A stretch of 62,693 nucleotides of DNA, filler included, from Callorhinchus milii (taxonomy: Eukaryota): assembly GCF_018977255.1 (NCBI RefSeq). It is 6 parts of 6 records of this genome, joined end to end, with 100 filler letters (N's around TTAATTAATTAA, not from the genome) between each part and the next. Parts side by side here need not be neighbours in the genome. Positions count along the whole stretch, not along the records: positions 30,351 to 58,209 come from NW_024704828.1; positions 58,310 to 62,693 come from NW_024705144.1; 4 more parts are not named here. One strand, written 5' to 3'. Below the pieces are notes generated by a model, which was given only the letters and a program-made list of their open reading frames with translations, had not been told where the DNA came from and ran no database searches. Position numbers and translations under genes: made by a program. Below are positions 50,701-62,693 of this stretch, piece after piece. The number at the start of each line of letters is the position of its first letter. Position 1 is the stretch's first letter.

Positions 50701-53700
50701 CCCCCCCCCCCCAAGTCGTCTCTTCCTTCCCAGTTGCCAATGTCGGCCATTTTTTTTCCACTGAAGCCAACGGAGGTAGGGAGGAGGGAGCAAGACGTTG
50801 GAACCCGCCGAGGGTCTCTCTAAACTGACGGTTCCCTTCTCGCTGTAGGTGACGAGGCTCCAGGGTGTGATGATGAGCCGAGCTGCTCAACACGCCCTTG
50901 AGCTGAGGAGGAAAGAGCAGGAGCTGAACCGCCTGAAGGAGAGGCTGATGGAGAAAGTAGAGCGAAAGATCGGTAATCTCCGCCCGCCCGGCCCACCACA
51001 CCATTGACGGTCGGGCCTTCAGCCTCTCTGCCCCCACCCTTTGGAACTTCATCCCATAGTCCCTCCATCTCACCCCCCGTCCCACCCTTTCTCGCCTCCT
51101 TCCATCAAGGCATGTCTCAAGATCCTCCTCTTTGGCCAAGCCTTTGGTCACCCTCCTACCCCCACCCTTCACCACCTCCTGAACCCAATCCCAGCTCAGG
51201 TCCAAATCTCTGACTGTCCATCCAGTGCCTTGGGACGTCCTCCCGACATGAGAGGCAGTTGCCGTGTAAATGTAAGTTGTTGTTGTTTTTCCAGGGTCAG
51301 GTTCTGCCCACTCGACCTGACGCTGTGTGTGTGTTTTTTTTCAAGCTCTCGATCTCCTGAACCCGGTTGGCCGGCTGGACGGGAAGCGAGCTTTGTGGAG
51401 GACGGGGAGAACCAAGTCCAGGTAGAGAGACGTTACTCGTTAAACGCACAGTCACTACACTTTACAGTGTATCCTGGGAAGCACTTTGAGACGTCTCAAC
51501 GACGTGATGAGGCGCCAGGATTATTATTTGTCTGTCTCTCCGTCTGTGTGTCTCTCTCTCCGTGTGATGTAGGAAACCTTCAGCGCTGTTTGCTCTCAGC
51601 GTAGACTAAATGAATCCACTTGCGGGAGTAGATTAGACACAGTTGACCGGGTGCGGAGTCTCAGTAATCTCCGCGCCCCCAAGGTCTGAGCTGTGAAGGT
51701 CACAAATGCTATTTGTGGGATTCCGAGACATCTACAACGTTCCCCCATCCCACAACCCCCCCCCCCCCCGCCACACCACGTCCCCGGGTTACAGCTATCT
51801 ACCCCTCTGTCCCAGATTTGATCCCACAACCTCCTGACCCCGGAGAGGAGAGTGAGAGCTGATTCCTGCCCTGCGTTGGGGGAAGCCTGGCTCGGGCGGT
51901 AGTGCTCTCCCTTGCCTCCCAGTCAGGAGTTTGTGGGTTCAAGCCCCCAACGCCAGGACTTGTAATCACACAGTCGAGGCTAACGCTCCAATGCAGCGCT
52001 GGAGGTTAAACCTCAATCCCCGTCTGTGTCCTGTTCAGGTGGATGTTGACTATCCCGCGGCCCTATTCGAAAAGAGAAGGGAGGGCATGTGGGGGGGCGT
52101 GTGGGGATGGTGTGTGCGGGTGTGTGTGTATGTGTTGACGTGCTCCGGGACGCTATCCCGTGTGACGTGAAGGGCGCTGTGTAAATGCACGTTGTTGTTG
52201 TTGACGGCGCCTCTGCCCCCCCCCCCCCCCCCCCACTGCCGCCCCCTGCAGGCGAGAGGAGGAGATGTTCCGAGCTCTGTCCGGTCAGTACGAGGCTCAG
52301 ATGAAGGAGTTAGCGGCTGAGACACTTCACCTGAGGAACGTGTTGGAAAGGATTGGGGCCGACGTGGACAACCTGCTCAGCCCTGAGAAGCTGCCCCCCC
52401 ACTCCCCGTACCCCCCGCCCGTGAGTGAGTCGCTCCAGTGGGCGGGGGGGAGGGGGAAATCCCCCTTCGGGGAATTAATTGGCGTCTGATTGTTAATTGT
52501 TGTTGTTGTCGACGTTGTGTTTTTTGTTGGTTGAGACGCAGGAGGAGAAAGCGGTGGCGGACGGCCGGGGAAGTGCAGCTGCTGGTCTGACGGGGGGGCT
52601 GTGGAAGCGATGGGAATGTTTCAGGGATTGGGTGGAGAGGCTGCGAGACGCAGGTGATCCTCCTTCTCCTTTATCCCCCCGCCGCCCCACTCCGCCCCCC
52701 CCCCAAAAAAAAAGTCTCTCCAAGACCTTAACTCCCAACGCTCCCCCACCCAAACAATTTGAGCGATGATGTAAAAGTGTGGGGAAGTACTTTATCCTGC
52801 GATGTTCTGGGTGGCGTTGGAGGGTGGGGGCGATATTTAAGGACAATTTTGTAGCGGGAACCAGGAAGTATTCCTTTTGTTAGTGAGGGAGGTGGGGGAG
52901 GGGTTGGGGTTAGTGGGGGAAGGGGCTAACAGGAAGTGGTGTGGGGCGGTTGAATTATTGCTTGGGCTCAGTTGGGAAGCGGAGGCTACACCTGGTCAGT
53001 GATAAACCGTGAACTGCAGATAGCCCCACCTACTGGTGACAGGAAGTGCGTCTCACCGATCCTCTCCCAGGAAGTGGATCACGACCTGCGCTTCCTGTTC
53101 CTGCCGGTTCGATCAGCGTGACCCATTTCCTGTTGCCGGTGGGGAAGGTGGGGGGGGGGCAGGGGGGAGTCGCTATTTGCAGTGACGTTGTGTGGACGAA
53201 TTCCGGGGAATTTGGTTTGAAACACGGAACGATGCGGGAAACATATTTCGGGAACAACAGGGAAGCGTGAGGGTGTGTCACCACCGCCCTGCACTTGGTG
53301 TCACCCGCTCTCTCTGTCTCTCCTCCCCCCTCCAGCCCTGCGGGAGCCACGGGAGGGGGAGGGGGAGATTCTCAGCGCGACCGACCACGACAAGGAGATC
53401 GCTAAACTCCGGCTACAGGTCGAGAGGGATCAGGAGATCCTCAGCTTCCAACAGCAGCTCCTGCAGGTCTGAGCGAGCGGCTTGGAGCTCAATACGGAGG
53501 GGCAGACAGACGAGCAGTGATGGCTCCGGCCTCCTGCCCGTCCCTCCTTTCCACCAATGTCGGCAGCGCTTTCAGCCACTCCGCCGCACAACTCTGTCAC
53601 TCTCCCCCTCTGTCCCTCCCTCCCTCTGCCTTCCTTCCTCCCTCCCCAGATCACGTCTGAAGACCTTCCAATTTGACCGTGCTTAACTCTCCTCCTCCCT

Positions 53701-55550
53701 CTCTCGCCCCAGCCCCTCGGCTTGGTGTCGTGCCCCGCCACTGTCGAGCGCTCTGGGGCGCTATGCGAATGCAAGTTGTTGTTGTTGTTGCCAGGAGCAG
53801 CTGGCGATCTGGAGTGAGCCACTGCCCTGGGGAGGGGACGGGCTGGAGGAGCAGGAGAGACTGGCCAGCGAGCGGATCCTGTTTGACGAGCAGCGGAGGA
53901 ACTTCGAGACCGAGCGGGAGGCCTTCACGGAGGCAGCGATTCGCCTGGGTCACGAGGTGAGGGTTGCGGACTAGGAACATAGGAAACGGGAGGAGGCCAT
54001 TCAGCCCCTCGAGCCTGTTCCGCCATTCTATTCTATAGGATCATGGCTGATCTGTTCCTCAACTCCACTTCCCCGCCTTTGCCCCGTATCCCTCGATCCC
54101 CTGACCTGACAACCATCTAATACACCTCAGTCTGGACAATGTGGACGGTATATTTTGTGGGTGAAACCCGGCAGCCAATTGCACACAGCAGTGCCCCACA
54201 CACAGCCGTGGGTTGAAGTGACCACATTTATTTATCGATTTGGAGGGAGTTATCATCAACCACTGTTGATGTTTAGTTTATCGAACCTCGTGCAGAATTT
54301 TAAACGTTCAGTCACTTAGGGAAGCAAGAATTAAATGCGGCCTTTTAACGAAGGGCCAGTATATTATTTTTTTTTCTCTCGGGAGTAAGTGAGCTGTGTA
54401 CGTGTGTGCGTGTGTTTTTCCCCCAGAGGAAGCAGTTCGAGGAGGAGAGAGCGCTGTATATAAAGGAGCGGTTTCTGAGCGAGTCTCCAGGCCGTGATCG
54501 AAAGGCGACGCCAAAGTGGAAACTGCGAACCCCATTGTCTGCTCTCGGTGAGCTCTTCGTTACCCCCTCCCCCTGAAAAAACCCTGGACTGTCAACACAC
54601 CCCACCTCCCCCCCCCCCCACCCCGCCCGATCGGTTTGTGGGGACGTGGCTGTGCTCGATTGGTGTGTTTCATCCACCAAACACACAGTCACTCCAGTTT
54701 ACAGTGTATCCTGTGAAGCGCTTTGAGACGTCTCAACGACATATGCAATGCAAGGACTATTGTTGTTATTTGCTGGGATGGTTGATGTGACTTTGCTTTG
54801 CATTTCAAGGTCCTCGGTACGAGAACGTGCAAACCCACACCGGAAAGCCCCCGAAGCTGAGCTGGGGGGGTGCCGAGCCCGTGCCTGTCCCCCCATTCTG
54901 CACCCCCAACCCCCCACCTCGATGTGACCGGGCGAACCTACTGCCGTCCACTGCCGAGTTGTACAAGGTGCTCAGACTCCACCTGGGTGAGAGGTCAGTG
55001 TTGTGTGAAGTGTAGCTCAGTGTGGGACGTCGCTGTGCGCGATCGGTAGCCACGTTTCGCCTACAAAACACGCAGTCATTACACTTTACAGTGTACTCTG
55101 TGAAGCGCTTTGAGACGTGATAAGACGCTATATCAAATGCAAGTATTATTATTGTAGGAACAGGAGGAGGCCATTCAGCCCCTCGAGCCTGATCCGCCAT
55201 TCTATAAGATCATGGCTGATCCATACCTCAAGGCCAATTACCTGCCTTTGCCCCGTATCCCTTGATCCCCTGACCTAACAAACATCTGTCCACCTCAGTC
55301 TGGACAATGTGAATGGATCCATAGCCATAACCCACAGCCTTTGAATTCATGCAGGTGGGGTGGGGAGAGGAGGAGGAGGTGCTCGTTAAACCCCAAGGTA
55401 ACGCTCTGGCCTGTTGTTTTGTCCCCAGCCGAGGAGAGCCAACGGCCAAGGGTGGGGCGGAGCGAGGGGCTGTGCGAGGAGCTCTCTTCCTGGACGACTG
55501 CGATGAGTCTGAGCCTGAACAGACCCCTCGGCGTCTGTCAATGGGTCTGA
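47779..55550 (+). CDS. SSX2IP: Afadin- and alpha-actinin-binding protein (SSX2IP/ADIP)-like
   Basis: Exons 47779-47809 (MGDW), 48500-48668, 49995-50189, 50570-50680, 50849-50972, 51346-51421, 52252-52420, 52542-52653, 53336-53466, 53795-53956, 54427-54547, 54810-54986, 55429-55550. Motifs [32 protein letters not shown] and [31 protein letters not shown]. 1-bp deletion at ~48543. It may be a paralog rather than the ortholog, and the last exon is uncertain. Confidence 0.88.
47995..48480 (-). mobile_element. CR1 LINE 3' fragment
   Basis: Same family as 29345-29760 ([17 protein letters not shown] in the ORF track). Confidence 0.8.
49125..49570. repeat. ~57-bp minisatellite (~8 units)
   Basis: AACCCTGACCTGGGGGTGTGGACACACAGTGTAGAGGAGCTTTACTGTGTCTCT-type units. 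Confidence 0.92.
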
Positions 55551-56329
55551 AATATTTTTAAAATGTCAATCGGGTTTCGGTGGTGGGAGAGGTGAGTGTG
55601 TGCGTGTGAATGTGTCCAGTTTCTTATTCAGGGAATCCTTCCACTCAGCTTCTGTTAACAGATAGGGTGGTCCTAGCAGCGATATCAATGGCAGCTGTTT
55701 TTTAGACAACGCACACTCTGGGCTCCCCCCAAGCCTTGGCTCTTGCCAACCTGTGCTTATTACTTTCAGGAATTAGGTCAGCAGGATGCATCCCTCCAGG
55801 GAGGGAGAGAGAGAGCATTCCTTTCCAACAATCTATCTCTGGGATTTCTGTGTCCAGATGGGATGCATGGAATTCTCAGTTGGGTTTGGAGACTTTTAAG
55901 CAACGGGTTTCCCCATGTGTCAGACACCCGGCTGACCAAAGAAAAACTACCCAGTAACTAGGAAGGGTGTTTCTCTCTCTCTCTCTCTTGGTGTCCAAAC
56001 CGACAATCTCTCTTTCTCTCTCCCCCACAAACAAGTCTAGTTCCTCACTTTGTGGATGTTTGCAGGGCATTGCTGCGCTGTGCACAGACTGACAGTTGTT
56101 ACTGTAATAAAGGAATCCGAAATCCGGTTTGAAATGGAGTCTGTGGTTTCGTGAACATTTTTGACATCTCTCGTTTCCCAATAAACGTTCTTGTTTTAAC
56201 AGAAACCTCGTGTGCATTGTGGTGGCTTGGCTGGGAATGTGGGGCACAGGTTAGTGAGTGTTGCTGTTGAGATACAGTGCTCTATCCGTCCGTTTCAAAG
56301 CCGGCCTAACCTTGGGCTCAATATTCTCC

Positions 56330-56703
56330 ATAAAGCACTCGCCCCACAAGCGGGTGACTTGGGTTCGATTCCCGGTGAGATCAGGGCGAAACGTTGGGCG
56401 AGTTTCCTTACTCCACACACACACACACACACACTTCTGTTTACCAGCAGTAAGTAGGAACCTGGTTGTTAGTCGATTGGCGGATTGCTTTTCCAGGGGT
56501 AATAATTCCTTCAAAAATAATATTAATAAATTGGTCACTCAATCCATGACTGTTTGCGAGGACACTGCTGTATGCAATTGGCTGCTGTCATTCACCCAGA
56601 AAATATACAGTCAATTCACTTTACATACTCAGTGAAGCGCTTTGAGACGTCCCAAAGATGTGATAAGGCGCTATATCAAATGCAAGGTTTATTATTATTA
56701 TAT
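56330..56703 (+). mobile_element. Near full-length tRNA-derived Deu-type SINE
   Basis: B box GGTTCGATTCCC, core, tail and (TTA)n. Confidence 0.85.
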
Positions 56704-57429
56704 TCTATCTTTCTACTCTGCTGACTGTGCAAAACTTGAAGGTCTCCTGATCTGTCTCATGCAATGAAGCTTTTTTTTAATAAAAACAGAACTGCTTAAA
56801 AAAAGGCTTCACAGGATACACTGTAAACACGACTGTGTTGTGAGCTGAATGTAAGTGTTTTGGTTATGGGGAAGAGAGAATGGGTGCGGCGGAAGGACAG
56901 AGAACGAGTGTGTGGTGAGATGGGGGTGGGGGAAGGGGAAGAGGGCAATGGGGATGTTCAGGGCTCCTGTGGTGGAACAGGCTTGTTGGGCTGAATGACC
57001 TCCTCCTGCCCCCGTCTTTCCGTATTGCCACACACCCAGCAGTGCAGACTTGCGGGAGTTTTGGGGGATAGGAAAGTGATTTTATGAGCTGGCAAAGGAA
57101 GTTGCACATATATATATCATATATTGTATTTTTTTTTAGCTGTTTGCAAAAGTTTCGAAACCTCTTGTGTTTTGATCTGAGGATCCCAGAGACAAGTGGC
57201 CACTTTCTCTTCCTCTTCCACACCCCCCTGCACCCCCACCCGCCCCGACAATAAGCAGAGTGGGGAGAGGAAGGGGGTGGGGGGAGTCATGGGACTGAAA
57301 AAAAAACGGCCAACCCTCCACTACCATCCACAAAATCAAAATAATTCAGAACTCTGCCGCCCGCATTCTCACCCACACCAAACTCCACTCCCCGACCCCC
57401 CCAGTCCTGCCCAGACTGCACTGCCTCCT

Positions 57430-57880
57430 GTCTCAGAGAGGATCGATTTCAAGATCCTCACCCTTGTATTCAAATCCCTGCACTCCTCTGCAGCCCCCGA
57501 CCTCTCTGACCTCCTTTCTCTTCACAACAGTACCCGTTGCCTTCGTTCCTCCGGGTCTGGCCTCCTCTTTGTCTCCCGAGTCCTCCGCTCCACCCTCGGC
57601 GGCCGTGCCTTCAGCCACTATGCCCCCAAGGCTCTGGAACTGCCTTCCTCACTCCCTCCCCCTCGCTCCCTCCCTTCCCATTTTCAGGTCGCAGCTGAAG
57701 ACCTTTCTTTTCGACCGCACCTTTGGTCACTTTCCCCCACCCTCTCCCTCTCCCCTCCCCCTCCCTCTCCCCCCCTGGGCTCGGCACCGGGATCCGTTAC
57801 TGCGAAGCGCTCTGAGACGCCGCCCGGCGTGGAGGGCGCTATAGACATCCAAGTCGTTGTCGTTGTTGTCGTCGTCGTCG
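57430..57880 (+). mobile_element. L2 LINE 3' end
   Basis: ERIDFKILTLVFKSLH...[10 protein letters not shown] motifs and tail. Confidence 0.85.
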
Positions 57881-57954
57881 GGTCCATTTGAAGGGAAGGA
57901 ATCACGTGACGAAGGGTGTCCTTCCAGGTGGTCAAGTGATGACAAAACATCCAG

Positions 57955-58209
57955 ACAACCACGTGACGACAGGTGTCCCTGTGGGGGTCACGTGGGAAAA
58001 AAGGAAGCGAGGTCACGTACACATGTATCCTGTGGGGGGTCACGTGGCGACAAAAAAAGGAACGCAGACGGTCACGTGACGACATGTATCCCTGTGGGGG
58101 GTCACGTGGCGACAAAAAAAGGAACGCAGACGGTCACGTGACGACATGTATCCCTGTGGGGGGTCACGCGGCGACAAAAAAAGGAACGCAGACGGTCACG
58201 TGACGACAT
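57955..58209. repeat. 62-bp tandem repeat rich in CACGTG, running into a gap
   Basis: GTCACGTGAC at 58071, 58133 and 58195. Confidence 0.9.
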
Positions 58210-61200
58210 NNNNNNNNNNNNNNNNNNNNNNNNNNNNNNNNNNNNNNNNNNNNTTAATTAATTAANNNNNNNNNNNNNNNNNNNNNNNNNNNNNNNNNNN
58301 NNNNNNNNNCAGGCGAATGCGGTCCTGCAGAAATGGATGACGGAGGAAACACGTGGAGGAGCATGGCGTGACACTCAGCATAACCTCCCATCCACAGTTT
58401 TGCCTCCCCAATAATTCACTGATCCCCCCAGCCTGCACTGGCTTATCAGCACAAAGCCATAACATAGGCCTTGAAACCAACAGTTTTGTGTCAATCGACA
58501 CAGTGTAGGTTTGGGAAAACCTTTGATGGCAACCGCCCACTACCTCAGAGAATGCGCTGCATTTATCTCTCCCTCGCTCATTGCCCAGAATCCTGAAACA
58601 TTCTAACGTTCGACATCGACATCAGTTTATTTTATAAAATATCAACAGCCGCAGCCTCAACTTCACTTTATAAGGGATAATTAATTCCTCATTCGCGCTG
58701 CCAACTGTGTGAACAAAGTCCTCCCCACAAAAGACACTCACACACGCACAAACGTGCATTGAAAATGAAACATAGGATTGACCCTCTCACTGCCTGTCTC
58801 TGCCGCACACACTGCCGCCCTCACACACACACATACAATGAGTCAGAAACAAGCAAATACATGTACTGAAAGATACGCATTAGATTTACCCTCCCACTTA
58901 CACTCCCCAGGGATACAAACTGACGTACTCAGGCACACATATGCAGTGATACAGAAATACACAGACATTATCATACTCATTGAGCCTCGACTCTCACAGA
59001 AACAATTACACGAGGTTTGATAGATGCGTGCAACCCTTTTCTTATCCCAATTGCGCTCATGTGCGTTAGCATTTTACAAAGCTCGGGAGGAGCAAGTCCG
59101 TATGTGGCCTTTAAAGTGGAGAAGATTTTGAAATCAATCCACTGGGAGTTGGGAGCCAATAGCTCCGGGTAAGTGTGGGGGTAATAGGTTCACGGAGCCC
59201 GGGGTGAGAGAGGGCAGGAGCTGCAGAGATCTAAATAATCCTGGAAAAGCACTGGGAACACTGATAAACACGCGTCAGCTTAATCGTGCCTCGATGTGAG
59301 AAATGTCTGAAAGAGGGTCATAGCGGCCTCGGGGAAAAGGAAGTAACAGATTCGGGTAACGTCTCTGTCGTTCTCTCATTCTCTCTAATCATCCCTTATT
59401 TCTTTTTCTTAACTTTCACAAGTCACATTTTGAAAAAATGCAGTGTGTCCGCAATAGTCGATATGACTTGCTTTTAGGTGTAGAATAAATAGAAGTAGTA
59501 CAATGAAATAAAACAACAACAACAACAGGATTTCATTGATAGAGCGCCTTTTACGTCGGGAGGGCGTCCCAAGGCGCTGGACTGTTGGTTCATGAGGGAG
59601 AATTGTGTTGATAATATTGCTTTGTTTCAATCACCTCACTGGCTTTTCATCATTGAGGCCTCTTTAAGCCATCATCCACTGTCATGAACACCTTTTTCTC
59701 CTTTACCTGACTTGTCCTGCTTCCCCGCTCTCTGCTAACATTAAACGCCTGGCCCTCCCAACATACCCCGCTTCTGACGAAGGTTGTGTATCAGAAATGT
59801 TACTCATTTTCCGCATCTTAGTCTTTATATGTTTCCGTTTGACCGACTGAAGGTTGACTGGCCTACATTTGACCGATCGAAGGTTGACTGGCCAACTTGT
59901 ACCTGTTTATCCGCCTTCCCTTTTATTGAACATGGCTGTAAAACTTGCAATCATCCATTTTTCTCGCACGACTCCCATACTCAAGAAGGGTTGAAAGATG
60001 TTGGCCAGAGACTAAGCAATTTCCACCGTTACAAAACGCAACAACTAAGCAAACAGAAAATTTGATTGTTATTAACCTTTCAATTACCTCAACTCAATCT
60101 GTGTTTTTTTCCAGAACTCGACCGTGGAGTTGGCTGGTTGATTCTCACGATTCCAATTCGGGTTTTGCAGACATTTTCAATATTAGTCAACCCTCGTCGC
60201 TTGAGTCGGATAAATTACGTAAAATGTAAACAGAAATTCACCTGGGAATCGACGAATGGCCATGCCGCTTATTCCCCAATCATGTTGCTGATTGTGTTTT
60301 TTTCAGTGGAGTATGTCTGTCCTCAGATATTACGCAACCGCATCCTTTGTCTTTGGAGACCTCTCCTCTCTATAAGAGTTGGGCCTCTCTCACCGATTCC
60401 CTTCATTGTCTCTGCACGAAGCGTTGAATGGGGCAACCGGTGATTCTCGTGGTCAAAGACATTTTTTATCCTCTATTGGCAGCTTTCGGGGTGCCGGGTA
60501 CGTGAGTGATCGTGACAAAAGTAAAAATCGGGCACTAACCCTTATAATTTTTTCAGGAATCATCAAAAATATTTCGTGTCCAGCAGAAAAATTTGATCTT
60601 TCGTAGAGCAATATTATAAATACTGTTTAGCCGCAGTGAGCAATATTGGAAAAAAATTATGCAGGAATGGCACAATGTCCGAGAATCATCAGAGGGTACG
60701 TTAAACAGGAGAGTGTAAGAGGATCACGAAATGTCCACTGCCAGAAATTAGTTACTATGTAATTCAGAAAAATTGCTTTCGTTGCAGCTGAATTATTACG
60801 AAAATATTCACTGCGGCTTCAAATATATTTATTGTGTAGTGCCATCGATTGCCTAGTCAACCATCTCAACAGGTAACGAAGTATCATGTGTTATTCGAAT
60901 GACATTACCAATGAGAAACAGTGCTCAATAAAGGCACTTGATTGTGATGTTAAATATTTCAAAGCTGTTATATAAGGATGGTTGATTTCATTTTTTTTGA
61001 AGTTAAGATCAAAATAGCCAAAGTTTCTTTCAATTACTTGTAATCTTGTAGATTTGTGATCTTGGTCTTTTGGACTGTTGTGTTTCGGAGCCATACCATG
61101 TCCTGAAGAGAAACACTTCCCAGTCGTGTCGATAAAGCTGATATTGGTATCACCATCATTCTGAACGTTATTGCAATTTAAATACTGTAAAATTCACTGA

Positions 61201-61473
61201 GCCCTTTCCCTGGAGGTATGAGTTATCAGGATGTCATTGTAGCACCTTTAACATCGGAAAGCTGTCTCAAAGCCCTTGGTAGTATTTACCGTAAAGACCA
61301 GTAATTGAATTACTACGGCAAATATGCAGCCAACACCAGGGAGACAGACATAGCCTTCACTTTTCTTAATAGCGCTGATGCATACGGGAAATATAACATC
61401 CGCCTGTGGAGCATTGAAGCGATCCGGTTTGAATGAAGCTCCCAAAGACCAACACCCTTCGCAACGCAACAGT

Positions 61474-61812
61474 GGAGAACTGTAGTTCAATGCTTAGAGC
61501 ACTCGCCTCGTAAGCAATAGGACTTCGGTTCGATTCCCGACAGTGCGAAACCTAAGGCAAGTTTCGTTAATCCATCAGCCTCTGTTCATCTATCAGTGAG
61601 TAGGAGCCCGGTTTCTAGTCGGTTTGCTGTTCCCTTTTTCGGCTTAATAATAATAAAATTAATCCTTGGATTTGGCATTGCGCTTTTCATGTTTCAAAGC
61701 GCTTCACATAGTATACAGTAAAGTGAATTGACGATATATATGTGGGCGAAACGCGGCAGCCGATTGCGCATAGCGGTGTCCCACAAACAGACGTGGATTG
61801 AAGTAACCAATA
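61474..61812. mobile_element. Deu-type SINE pieces, head (+) meeting tail (-)
   Basis: Head at 61474-61650 on +, and the reverse-complement tail/core at 61660-61812. Confidence 0.7.
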
Positions 61813-62693
61813 ATATGATTTGATTTATTTTCTTGGCACAACTGAATGTCAAATATGTTTGCTCTGGTGAGTCAGAATTGCAACATGCTAGTTGATTGCA
61901 AAATTTAACATTTCAATATTATTCCGTTTTTCATAAAAGTGCCATAAAAAAGAAATGCTCATCTAATTGACTGAACTGTACGACTTTGATTAATGGAATA
62001 CAACAACAACCTTCATGTAAATATGTATTTTTCAAGAATATTGAATATTTTCCGGAAATTGCCTTTTCATTAGGATGATCTGTGAAAAAACTATAGACAG
62101 TTAAATTTTCTACAAATTGCGAATAGATGAATTAACAAAGTTCACAATTTAATACAGATAAGATGAATGTCTTGAGTTAGTGTTCTGAGCGTCAGGTAGG
62201 TATGAGCACATTTGCTCGTTTTCCATCTGCACGTTACGGAAAAAAATCTTTGCCATGACCGGATCTCCTTCAGCATCAGGCTGACAGTACACAGACTAAT
62301 CTTGTATACATTCTGCCAATACAGTGAAGGGCTGTGCCTTGAGCTTTCAAAGAACGTTCTTTTCAGGTTCCATTTTCAGGGTAAGATTCTTTCCAAGAAA
62401 TATATTTCAAAAATGATAATTATATGTCATTCCATCGAAGTCTGACTGTGGGACAATGCTGCGTGCAATTGGTTGCCCTATTTCACTCAAAAGATATACA
62501 GCCGATTCTGCAACATTACATTCTTTGAATCGTTTTCGAAGGGCAGTATCATATGCGAGAAATATTATTAATAAGAAGCAATGACGGCTGGCCCATTGAA
62601 TCGTGAATTCGGAGTCACTGATGTGGAACTTCAACACACAACATTCGGACAAGCAGCAGCTTATCATCAAATCAGCCAATGCCAACAAAAGAC

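Overview
Vertebrate genomic DNA, most likely a cartilaginous fish and possibly a chimaera (inferred from Deu-type tRNA-derived SINEs plus shark-like CR1 and L2 fragments). It is assembled from six contigs joined by five 100-bp N44-TTAATTAATTAA-N44 linkers. Contents in order: (1) a divergent TJAP1/BEGAIN-family gene (+, 1248-6783); (2) a MALAT1-type lncRNA locus; (3) the 3' part of a CEACAM/VSIG10L-like Ig receptor with a canonical ITAM (+, 21095-27806); (4) DCAF15 lacking its first exons (+, 30605-38068); (5) CLPP (+, 40532-45960); (6) an SSX2IP/ADIP-like gene (+, 47779-55550). The MALAT1 locus has a TATA/CpG promoter and a transposon-free GA/U-rich body on + (about 8.2-14.5 kb). Its 3' triple helix and near-perfect mascRNA lie on - (16182-16334), because 14486-17624 is inverted; flipping it restores a ~7.6-kb transcript and an in-register 132-bp repeat array. 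Six single-base deletions in short homopolymer runs break otherwise intact genes and look like sequencing errors. Comparisons with human sequences are from memory, not from database searches.
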